64,000 nucleotides of DNA from a virus. Made by a program: the position numbers and the translations under genes. The DNA is taken from IMG/VR virus record IMGVR_UViG_3300021420_000016, positions 1 through 64,000 of that record; one strand, 5' to 3'. The notes under the pieces were generated by a model. It ran no database searches, was not told the DNA's origin, and saw nothing but the letters and a program-made list of their open reading frames with translations. Shown piece by piece: positions 1-8,023 of this stretch (the first letter of the stretch is position 1; every line of letters begins with the position of its first letter).

Positions 1-555
1 GTCGCCGCAGCCATCACCGCGATCCTGCTGGGCCTGCTCACCGCCTTGTGGGGTGCGGCATGGGGCCTAGGCTGGGCCAGCGCGATCACCGTCCTGGGCA
101 TCGGGGAGATCCGCGGCACCCAGCAGGGCCTCGCGGACCTGCTGGCCGAGGCCCGCTCCCGGATCGACGGCATCCTGGAAACCCGGCTGTCCCGGCTGGA
201 ACGCGTCCTGACTGCGGCGCTCGACAGCGGCATCTCCGCCGACGAGCTGGCGGAGCAGATCCGCGCGATTCTCGGCTCCCTGATCAGCGCGCTGCTGGTC
301 ACCCAGTCCGAGACCACGTGGGCATCTGGCCGGGCGGCGTACTGGGTGTACAAGCTCGCAGGCGTCAAATGGGTCCGGTGGCAGACAAGGAACGACGGCA
401 GGGTGTGTGCCCGGTGCAAGGCAAATCAGGCAGCAAGCCCAGTCAGACTAGGGCAGAAGTTCCCGTCGGGGGACAAAACGCCGCTAGCTCATCCTCGCTG
501 CAGGTGCAGTCTCGTACCGGCGGCCGCGCCCGCAGCGCGGCAACTGGCGGCGTGA
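1..555 (+). CDS. Phage head morphogenesis protein (SPP1 gp7 / Mu gpF family), 5'-partial
   Basis: Frame open from base 1; C-terminal motif WxTxxDxRVCxxC...PLAHPRCRCSLVP. Confidence 0.88.
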   Translation, partial: VAAAITAILLGLLTALWGAAWGLGWASAITVLGIGEIRGTQQGLADLLAEARSRIDGILETRLSRLERVLTAALDSGISADELAEQIRAILGSLISALLVTQSETTWASGRAAYWVYKLAGVKWVRWQTRNDGRVCARCKANQAASPVRLGQKFPSGDKTPLAHPRCRCSLVPAAAPAARQLAA

Positions 556-773
556 GCGCCCATGGGCCGCGGGTTGAGGAAGCGCACACGATCACGGTCA
601 CCTGTGCGATCAGCGGCCCCCGGGCACAGCGCATCGACGGGCTGCGGCCCTGCGCGACTCTCGCGGACGTGGAAGCGTTCTGCGCCAAACTGCGGGATCT
701 CGGCGCAAAAAACAACCTGCCACTCCCCGACGTGGTCGCGCTGCGGGCCGTCCTGAACGCGAGCGCCCGGTGA
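552..773 (+). CDS. Small hypothetical protein (73 aa)
   Basis: GTG start overlaps the upstream stop (GTGA). Confidence 0.55.
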   Translation: MSAHGPRVEEAHTITVTCAISGPRAQRIDGLRPCATLADVEAFCAKLRDLGAKNNLPLPDVVALRAVLNASAR

Positions 774-822
774 CCGTCATGGCGGGGATCGAGGCACCAC
801 TGATCCCGCCGGGGAGGCCGCT

Positions 823-1599
823 ATCTGTTTGGATTGCGGATGCCTCCGGCCCCTGGACCGCCACGGCAACCCCGATCACATCGCCCTGCCGCGGCTGCAG
901 CGCGCCGCCGCCGCATCCGGGCTGCCAGCCGCTGAGGCCGCGTGGAACATTCCGCGCACCCTCGCCGCCGCGGTGCACGGCGGCTGCCCGCCCGGCGAGG
1001 ACGCGCTCACCGGCCACCCGGCGCTCATCTGGGACTGCGACGGCATCCTGTCCTTCACCGCCGAAGCCCTCTGCGGGGCACTGAACGCCCGGTTCGGCAC
1101 CTCCTACGCCCCACTGTCGCAGACATTCTTCCCCGGCACGTTCATTACCGCCCGGCTGCCGCAGCAGCAGGCAGGATGGGTGTCCGGGCTGCTGTCCGAG
1201 CCGGCGTTCCTGGCATCATTCGCCCCGGACTTCCACGCCCTCGACACCCTCCGCGACGCCTACGACGCCGGCTTCCCCTGCCAAGTGGTCACCGAACGGG
1301 ACCCGTCGGTCCAGGCCGCCACCGCAGACTGGCTGGCGGACTGGGGCGGACCCGCGATCGAGGTGCACGCGGTCGGGCACGGAAACAAACCGGCTTATCT
1401 CGCCGGCTGCTTCGGGTCAGATAACGCCGCCGTGCTCCTGGACGATAACCCTGCCGTCCAGATTACCGTCGCCCGGCCCGGCATCAGTGTCTGGACCCCC
1501 GAGCGGCCCTACACGCCCACCCTGGCCCGCGATCACGTCCGCGAGTTCGCCACCTGGGACTCCGCCCGCTACTGGCTGGCGCTGGGCCCGCAGCCTTAG
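823..1599 (+). CDS. HAD-family 5'(3')-nucleotidase-like phosphatase with N-terminal CxxCGC metal-binding segment
   Basis: WDCDGIL (DxDG) and LLDDNP motifs; SD GGGAGG 812-817 favours an ATC start at 823 giving MCLDCGC; TTG 829 is the alternative. Confidence 0.7.
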   Translation: MCLDCGCLRPLDRHGNPDHIALPRLQRAAAASGLPAAEAAWNIPRTLAAAVHGGCPPGEDALTGHPALIWDCDGILSFTAEALCGALNARFGTSYAPLSQTFFPGTFITARLPQQQAGWVSGLLSEPAFLASFAPDFHALDTLRDAYDAGFPCQVVTERDPSVQAATADWLADWGGPAIEVHAVGHGNKPAYLAGCFGSDNAAVLLDDNPAVQITVARPGISVWTPERPYTPTLARDHVREFATWDSARYWLALGPQP

Positions 1600-1817
1600 C
1601 GTCTCAACTTTCGCAGTCGTGCCATCTCGGCCCGCAGGAGCAGGGCGCCGGCGCGCTCAGCCTCTTCGGGTGAAAGGTCAGGATTGCGCCGCAGCGCCTC
1701 GGCGGTGAACTTGGCGCGACGACCCCGGTTCGCCGCCTCGGTCATTTTTTTCGGATCCTCATGCGCCCGGCCCGCCCTAGCGATCAGGCCGTCCGCAGGG
1801 GTGTAACGGCGTGGCAT
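1596..1817 (-). CDS. Small basic hypothetical protein (antisense accessory gene)
   Basis: 73-aa ORF; -10-like TACGCT 7 nt before ATG (leaderless). Confidence 0.6.
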   Translation of the reverse strand: MPRRYTPADGLIARAGRAHEDPKKMTEAANRGRRAKFTAEALRRNPDLSPEEAERAGALLLRAEMARLRKLRR

Positions 1818-1992
1818 GCCGATAAGCGTAACTGGCCTGCCAATCAGGCGGCCGAGGTTCTGCCCTCACCGGTCAGGGACACGGCCCTGAAATGAGCGGA
1901 AGCCCCCAGGGATGTCCATGCCTGGAGGCTCCCGCCGCGAACCCCTGACTAGTGGGTGACCCGAAGTCCATCTCGCCCATCTTGGAGACACC

Positions 1993-2286
1993 ATGGCCGG
2001 CAGCCCCCCTGTCGTCACCGCGGTCACCTACGACCAGAAAAGTTACCCGCCGGGCGCGAAGATCACCGCCACGGTCACCTACGCCCCCGGCGCCTCGGTG
2101 ATCTCCTTCACCGGCACCGGCGAAGTCACCGACCAGGCCACCGGCCAGGAGGCCGAAGGCACCGCCCAGTTCCAGATCAGCGAACCCGACCCAACCAAGG
2201 CGTCCGCGTTCACCGATACCGGGAACCGCACCTGGACCCTGGTATCGGACGTCTCCGGCGTCGCCACCTGGACGGCCACAGCGTGA
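1993..2286 (+). CDS. Small Thr-rich beta-strand virion protein
   Basis: SD GGAGA, ATG, strong GC3 codon bias. Confidence 0.7.
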   Translation: MAGSPPVVTAVTYDQKSYPPGAKITATVTYAPGASVISFTGTGEVTDQATGQEAEGTAQFQISEPDPTKASAFTDTGNRTWTLVSDVSGVATWTATA

Positions 2287-3176
2287 CCGCGGGCATCAGC
2301 ACCTGGCCGTCGGCCGGCACCGCCACCGTCAAAGCTGCCTCCGGCGCCACCGCCACCGGCACGGCGCCATTCCAGGTCGCCACCCCCAACGTTGGCACCG
2401 CGCTACGGCAAGTCCCGTGGAACGACCCCACGGTCACCCAGTTCTGCAAACTGTCCGCCCGGCCGCTGCCACTGCAGCACACGTTCCTGATGAGCTCGTT
2501 CACCACCTACCAGGCGTCGGTGCTGAACGGGTATCCCGCCGCCTGCCGGGCCGCCCTGGTCGACATGGAACCCGCCACGCCAGCCCAGCTGGACACCTTC
2601 CTGGCCACATGTGCCGCCGCAGGCCTGAAAATGTGGATCACCCTCGCGCACAACCCGACGTCGAAATTTGCGACGGCCGCGGACTACTTCACCTGGCTCG
2701 CCCCGCTGGTGCCGATCGTCCGCAAACACGGCTACCCGCACGTGGTCGACTTCACCGACTACGAGGTGTACAAAAAAGACGCCCACGTCTCGTGGACGCC
2801 GGTGCCGCCGAACACCCCCGATGACCTGACCGACATGCTCGGCCAGGAGTTCTACGCCGACGGCTACTACGGCTACTCCTCCCGCCTCGACAAGCTCGCC
2901 GCCTACGCCGACTCGATCGGCAAGCCGTTCTGCGTGGACGAGATCGGCGCCGACCAGCAGACAACCACCGTCGCACAGGGCACCGAATTCTTCACCTACG
3001 CCCTGGACTGGCTGCAGGCCCGCGTCGCCGCCGGGAAAACCCCGCCGCTGGTGTGCGCGTGGAACGGCGGCAAAGGCGCCAACCCCGCCTACACCGGGTA
3101 TGCGGCAGCGACCGAGCCGGCGGCGTGGCTGGACCTGTACGGGCAGATGTATGACACGGTCGCGGCCCTCGCCTAA
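2283..3176 (+). CDS. Glycoside hydrolase-like TIM-barrel protein (GH26-like), possibly catalytically altered
   Basis: GTGA overlap start; MWITLAHNP, DMLGQEFY and KPFCVDEIG resemble clan GH-A strand motifs. Confidence 0.5.
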   Translation: MTAGISTWPSAGTATVKAASGATATGTAPFQVATPNVGTALRQVPWNDPTVTQFCKLSARPLPLQHTFLMSSFTTYQASVLNGYPAACRAALVDMEPATPAQLDTFLATCAAAGLKMWITLAHNPTSKFATAADYFTWLAPLVPIVRKHGYPHVVDFTDYEVYKKDAHVSWTPVPPNTPDDLTDMLGQEFYADGYYGYSSRLDKLAAYADSIGKPFCVDEIGADQQTTTVAQGTEFFTYALDWLQARVAAGKTPPLVCAWNGGKGANPAYTGYAAATEPAAWLDLYGQMYDTVAALA

Positions 3177-3267
3177 GGCGAACGCCGGGCCACGCTGTAC
3201 GCCCACAGGACGCCAAGAGCCACGATGGCCACATTCAGAATCCGCAGGGCCCAGAGCAGTACGGCCA

Positions 3268-3507
3268 TCAGAGGTCCGCGATATCCATTCCGCGCGTCTG
3301 CGGCCGGTAGCCCGCAGAGTCAGGGATCATCATTGCGGGCTCCTTGTGCCACAACCGGATAAGAGTATCCGGTTGTCCTCTTGTGCTGCGCACATAGGCC
3401 TGGCCGTCCACCAGCACCGCCATGTACGGTTCTCCGGGGTCAAGCCGGCTGATCTGCTCGTTCAGGCTCTCCACCTGCCCGGGGCTTATGGCGGCCACCT
3501 GTGTCAT
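3268..3507 (-). CDS. Small hypothetical protein (antisense accessory gene)
   Basis: 79-aa ORF; TAAGCT 6 nt before ATG. Confidence 0.55.
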   Translation of the reverse strand: MTQVAAISPGQVESLNEQISRLDPGEPYMAVLVDGQAYVRSTRGQPDTLIRLWHKEPAMMIPDSAGYRPQTRGMDIADL

Positions 3508-3529
3508 ACGCGCAGCTTAACCCGCAAGG

Positions 3530-3561
3530 CGGGGGGCACGCCCGCTAGACCGTGCCCCCCG
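3530..3561. terminator. GC-rich hairpin, probable terminator
   Basis: CGGGGGGCACG / CGTGCCCCCCG 11-bp inverted repeat in an intergenic gap. Confidence 0.45.
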
Positions 3562-3680
3562 TTAAGGCGCGGCGACGGTTCCACGGTCACACCGCGCCGG
3601 CGGTCCGGAGGCCGCGGCCCCCAAGAGCGCTTGCCCCCCGACGATAGCACCGCGTCTCCACCGCCAGGGAGGAAACGCCG

Positions 3681-4076
3681 GTGACCAACTCCTCCTCAGT
3701 GAACCCCTGGACCCTGAGGATGGCCGCCGGGTCGCTGCAGCAATGGCTGTTCGAGTTCACCACCACCGCGCCGGGCGGCGCGACCCCGTACCCGATCGGC
3801 GGCGCGACCGGCTGGGAGTATGTGGCCCGGCCCAGTGCCACCGACGTGACCGTGCCGCCAATGATCGACATCACCACGACGCCCAGCACCGCCGGGGTGC
3901 TCACCGTGACCAGCAGCTCATCGGCGTCGTCAGTGCTCTTGAACATGTACCCGGCGGCGACGGCGAGCCTGACGCCTGGGACGTACTACCACGCCTTGTG
4001 GGAGAGCCCCGGCGGAAGCACCGCCTTCTGCTGGGCCACAGGCCTGCTGATCGTGGAAGGCAATCCGCAGCCGTGA
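3681..4076 (+). CDS. Virion structural protein (Ig/BppU-N-like beta domain)
   Basis: SD GGGAGG; TASLTPGTYYHALW...GLLIVE pattern. Confidence 0.6.
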   Translation: MTNSSSVNPWTLRMAAGSLQQWLFEFTTTAPGGATPYPIGGATGWEYVARPSATDVTVPPMIDITTTPSTAGVLTVTSSSSASSVLLNMYPAATASLTPGTYYHALWESPGGSTAFCWATGLLIVEGNPQP

Positions 4077-4345
4077 GCGAGCCATTGTTCGCGCGCACGG
4101 TCACCAAGGCCACGGTGACACATGTGATCGTCCGGGCGTGCGTGAACTGCCAGCACCCGCGGGAGACCGGCAAGCCCTGCGCCGGATGCGGACTGACAGA
4201 TCCCCCCGTGACCCACGACCTCGGGGTGCAGTCCTACGCCCACCGCAACCCGTTCAAGCGCCTCGGCTGGTGGGCCGTGGGCCAGCGTCTCGCCGCGCGC
4301 CGGGCCAGAATCGCGGCACGTTACCTCACCGGGGGGTCACAGTGA
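4073..4345 (+). CDS. Zn-ribbon hypothetical protein
   Basis: GTGA overlap; CVNC...CAGC. Confidence 0.6.
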   Translation: MSEPLFARTVTKATVTHVIVRACVNCQHPRETGKPCAGCGLTDPPVTHDLGVQSYAHRNPFKRLGWWAVGQRLAARRARIAARYLTGGSQ

Positions 4346-5004
4346 CAAACACCGTGGTGGTTACCCGCACGGGGGACGGTGTGGTTGCCGGCCGGATGAT
4401 CGGCTCCACGCCGACGCAGGCCGAGCCGAAGAATCTCGGCTGGGGCATCGGCGGGGTCGGCACCGGGTCCCCGTACACGGCGGCGAAGACGGACGTGGCC
4501 GCGTTCGACGAGTCCGCCGAGTCCCGCGTCGCCGGCACGTCCTCGCAGCAGACCACCACCTACACCAACGACACCTACCAGGTCGCCGGGACCATCACCT
4601 CGCTGAGCGGCCAGACGATCGCCGAGGTACTCCTGTCCGACTCGGCGACCAAGCCGTTCGCCACCACGGTCGCGTCCGGCGCCGGCACGGTCATCGGGTC
4701 GTCCTCCAATACCTCGATGAACGTTGCGGCGTCCTATACCCCGGCGAACAACACCTTTGTCCAAGTGGACACCGAAGTTCTTAAGGTAACCGCCGGGACG
4801 GGCACCACAAGTCTCACTGTGACTAGAGCCCAGAACGGCAGTTCCGCCATCAGCACCATCAGTGCCGGCGACATCGTGACCTTGGGAAACGCCGCCGGCG
4901 GGGCCACCGCGAACGCGACAATCTTCGTACACGCGACGTTTAGCGGCCTGCCATTGAATACAAACGACTCACTGACCTCGACCGTGAGTGTTTCCTTCAA
5001 CTGA
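4342..5004 (+). CDS. Thr/Ser/Gly-rich virion protein (fibre or decoration)
   Basis: GTGA overlap; VDTEVLKVT...LTVTRAQNGS module and HATFSGLPLNTNDSL C-terminus. Confidence 0.7.
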   Translation: MTNTVVVTRTGDGVVAGRMIGSTPTQAEPKNLGWGIGGVGTGSPYTAAKTDVAAFDESAESRVAGTSSQQTTTYTNDTYQVAGTITSLSGQTIAEVLLSDSATKPFATTVASGAGTVIGSSSNTSMNVAASYTPANNTFVQVDTEVLKVTAGTGTTSLTVTRAQNGSSAISTISAGDIVTLGNAAGGATANATIFVHATFSGLPLNTNDSLTSTVSVSFN

Positions 5005-5049
5005 CCGCCTTACCTTCAGCCATTCTAGTGCGATTGCCGGAGGTGCGGC

Positions 5050-5643
5050 GTGTCCGGTCTTTCCGGCACCTGGTACGAGACGATCAACGTCCAGTCCGGG
5101 GCGGGCACCCCACTGCTGGGCAACGCCTCCGCGGGCACGTCCACGGTCATCTCCAAGACCCCCGGCGGCGCCGCCTACCTGCCGGCGAACTTCTTCACCC
5201 CCGGCGCCGGGACCACCAAGGGCATCCGGGTCACCGCACGGGGGGTCTTCTCCACCACGGCCACCCCGCAGACCCTCGCCGCGCTCGGCGTCTACGCCGA
5301 CGCCACACAAGGCACCTCCGGCACCGCACTCGGCCCGCTCGGCCCCTCCACGATCTCCATCGCTTCGGCGACAGCCTGGTGGTGGACGTACGAGGCAGAC
5401 ATCGTCTGCACCGCCACCGGATCCTCGGGGACGTGGCTGGTGATGGGCATCGCCCAGTTCGCCACCGCCGTCAACACCTCGGCCCTGGCACCGCAGATCG
5501 TGTCGGTGGGCTCCACCACCGCGGTGTCGCTGTCGACGGAAAGCGCCTACTACCTGGAGATGGCCGCGACGTGGACGAACGCCTCCACCAGCGCGACCAG
5601 TTCGATCACGTGCTCGACGTTCAACGTCTACGGGATCAACTAG
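5050..5643 (+). CDS. Thr/Gly-rich virion protein
   Basis: SD GGAGG, GTG, beta-rich composition. Confidence 0.7.
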   Translation: MSGLSGTWYETINVQSGAGTPLLGNASAGTSTVISKTPGGAAYLPANFFTPGAGTTKGIRVTARGVFSTTATPQTLAALGVYADATQGTSGTALGPLGPSTISIASATAWWWTYEADIVCTATGSSGTWLVMGIAQFATAVNTSALAPQIVSVGSTTAVSLSTESAYYLEMAATWTNASTSATSSITCSTFNVYGIN

Positions 5644-5675
5644 CCGGCACCTGACCTGACCGGCGGGAGGCGCTG

Positions 5676-7487
5676 GTGGCCGTCTACCTCGCCAACACCT
5701 TCGACGGCGGCACCAACGGCACTACGATCACCCCGGCGATCTCGGGGGGAACCTCCGGGCCGGCGTTCGACGCGGTTGTCTCCAATACTGGCAGCACCGG
5801 CGTCCTCTCCTACGACAGCACGCACGTCCTCGGTGGCCATCCGCTGGCCCTCAAAGCCGCCACAGGGGGAACCTCAACCTCGGTTTACGTGTCCTGGAGT
5901 GCATCGCTCACCGCCTCTGGCCTCCTGCAAGTGTTCTTCCGTCAGTACCTGTACTTCACCGCCAACCCTTCGGGCTCCAACGTCCGGGTGTTCAACGCAC
6001 TCACCACCGGCGCGGCCCAGTGCGGCGGCATCAACATCACCACCGCCGGCGTGGTGTCCTGCGTCATCGCCAGCGGCGGGGCCGCCACCTCCACGGTCAC
6101 CACGATCCCGCTGAACCAGTTCTTCCGCATCGAGGGCTACCTGATCGGCGACCCCTCCGTGGGTCAGCTCCAGGTCAAGCTGTTCACCACAGCGGACGCC
6201 TCCATCCCGGCTGAGACCAAAACCAGCACGGCCACCCAGAACACCACCGGCACGGTGGGCATCTGCCGGTTCGGCATCTGCACCGCCCTGACCGGCGCCG
6301 GCCCGTTCTGGATGGCTTCCCCCGGCGCGTCCGACACCGGGTACCTAGGCCCCGAGGCCCCCGTGTCCGGGATCCCGCGCACGTTTGCCGGGCCGGTGTT
6401 GCTGAACGGGCCGATGCGGGCCGCCGGGCCGCGCCGGATCTATCCCATGGAACCGTCCGGCCAGCGAGTCATCCCCGTCACCCTCCCCGCCGTTGTGACC
6501 ACCACTGGCACGATCGCCGACCAGGCATCCAAGGTGCTCGCCACCTCAGTCACCACGGCCGGCACTGCGCAAGATCGAGTATCCAAGAGCCTCGCCGCTT
6601 CGGTGACAACCACCGGATCGGTGACCAGGCAAGTATCCAGGGCCTTCACCGCCACAGTCACCGCCGCGGCCGCCGCGGCCCGCAGCCCGGCCAAGACTTT
6701 CACCGCCGCCGTCACCGCAACCGGCTCACTGGCACGGCAGGCCGGCAAGACCCTCCCCGCCGCCGTCACCACGACCAGCTCGCTCGGCCAGCAAGCCGTC
6801 AAGACTCTCGCGGCCGCCGTCACTACAACTGCTTCCCTGGCCCGCAACCCCGGCAAGACGTTCTCCGCCGCCATCACCGCGACCGCAGCGCTCGCACGCA
6901 GCCCCGGCAAGACGCTCCCGGCCACCGTGACTACCGCGGCCACCCTCGGCGCCCGCTCACTGGCCAAGACACTCACTGTGACCGTGACCGCCACCGGGTC
7001 ACTCGGCCGCACGCTCACCCGCACCTTCACTGCCACGGTGACCACCACGGCCACGTACGCCAAGGGCTACCACCGCACATTCACGGTCGCCGTGACCACC
7101 GCCGGGGCGATCCGCCGGGGCATCGGCAAGATCCTCTCCGCCGTGGTGAACACGGCCGGGGCAATCATCCACGGAAGCATCCCCGGCCCACGCCAGCCCG
7201 GCGTCCTCACCATCACCCCATACGGCCCGCTGACCGCGGTTCCCGCGATCACCCCCACAGGCGCACAGGCGGCCACAGGTGCTATCACCCCATACGGGCC
7301 GCTGGCCGCGACCGTCACGCTTGAGCCCGCAGTCGCGCAGACGGCCACGGTCACCATCACCCCCACAGGCGCGCAGGCGGCCGCGCTGACCGCCAGCGCG
7401 CCTGGACAACCGCCCGTGACCTGGGAACCCGCCCCGCCACTGGCCGCCCAGCCATCCCAGCCCGTGGTGCTCACCCCATCGGCCTGA
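5676..7487 (+). CDS. Putative head fibre: N-terminal beta-sandwich plus about 13 tandem 18-aa repeats
   Basis: SD GGGAGG; repeat consensus KTxxAxVTxTxxLxRxxG. Confidence 0.7.
   Translation: MAVYLANTFDGGTNGTTITPAISGGTSGPAFDAVVSNTGSTGVLSYDSTHVLGGHPLALKAATGGTSTSVYVSWSASLTASGLLQVFFRQYLYFTANPSGSNVRVFNALTTGAAQCGGINITTAGVVSCVIASGGAATSTVTTIPLNQFFRIEGYLIGDPSVGQLQVKLFTTADASIPAETKTSTATQNTTGTVGICRFGICTALTGAGPFWMASPGASDTGYLGPEAPVSGIPRTFAGPVLLNGPMRAAGPRRIYPMEPSGQRVIPVTLPAVVTTTGTIADQASKVLATSVTTAGTAQDRVSKSLAASVTTTGSVTRQVSRAFTATVTAAAAAARSPAKTFTAAVTATGSLARQAGKTLPAAVTTTSSLGQQAVKTLAAAVTTTASLARNPGKTFSAAITATAALARSPGKTLPATVTTAATLGARSLAKTLTVTVTATGSLGRTLTRTFTATVTTTATYAKGYHRTFTVAVTTAGAIRRGIGKILSAVVNTAGAIIHGSIPGPRQPGVLTITPYGPLTAVPAITPTGAQAATGAITPYGPLAATVTLEPAVAQTATVTITPTGAQAAALTASAPGQPPVTWEPAPPLAAQPSQPVVLTPSA
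6475..7170 (+). repeat. About 13 degenerate 54-nt coding repeats
   Basis: KTFTAAVTATGSLARQAG-type units. Confidence 0.8.
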
Positions 7488-7501
7488 CAAGAGGGGGCCG
7501 C

Positions 7502-8020
7502 ATGCGCGTCACGGTGGAAGACGGCACCGGCAAGCGAGTCGTCATCGACGGGGACGCCCCCGAGGCGGCCAAAAGCGCCTGGGACGGCGCAGGCTTCGCC
7601 GGCGTGCTCATCAAGTCCGCGCCCGAACGCCGTTACACTCTGTGCGTCGCCTACCCCGCCATGAAAGCCGACGTCAAAGTAGCCCAGGACGGCTACCGGG
7701 ACTTCGTCGGCCCCGACGCCCTCGAAGACGCCGCCTGGTCCTATCTCACCAAGGGCGCCGAAGTCGGCCTGTGGCATTCCGACGGCACCGACGGCGCCGG
7801 CACCTGCGTCGAGTCTTACATCTACCGCGGACCCGACTGGTCCATACCCGTCAAAGGCGGCACCCAGGTCGTCAAAGCGGGGGACTGGCTCGTCGGCATC
7901 GTCTGGTCGAAAGACGCCTGGCCGCTCGTCCTGAAGGGCCACATCAACGGTGTGTCCATGCAAGGCGGCGCCGCCCGCCGCCGCCCCACACCCGAATCCC
8001 TCGCCCAGCTCAGGAGGTAG
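7502..8020 (+). CDS. XkdF-like putative prohead serine protease
   Basis: VAYP...DGYRDFV...LEDAAW...VGLWH...VESYIY...GDWLVG...INGVSMQG. Confidence 0.85.
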   Translation: MRVTVEDGTGKRVVIDGDAPEAAKSAWDGAGFAGVLIKSAPERRYTLCVAYPAMKADVKVAQDGYRDFVGPDALEDAAWSYLTKGAEVGLWHSDGTDGAGTCVESYIYRGPDWSIPVKGGTQVVKAGDWLVGIVWSKDAWPLVLKGHINGVSMQGGAARRRPTPESLAQLRR

Positions 8021-8023
8021 ACC

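Noticed and set aside
1886-1945. Hammerhead ribozyme (CTGA..TGA...GAA)
   Set aside because: Core spacing is wrong (CUGAAAUGA, GAAC) and there is no NUH site with a proper stem I
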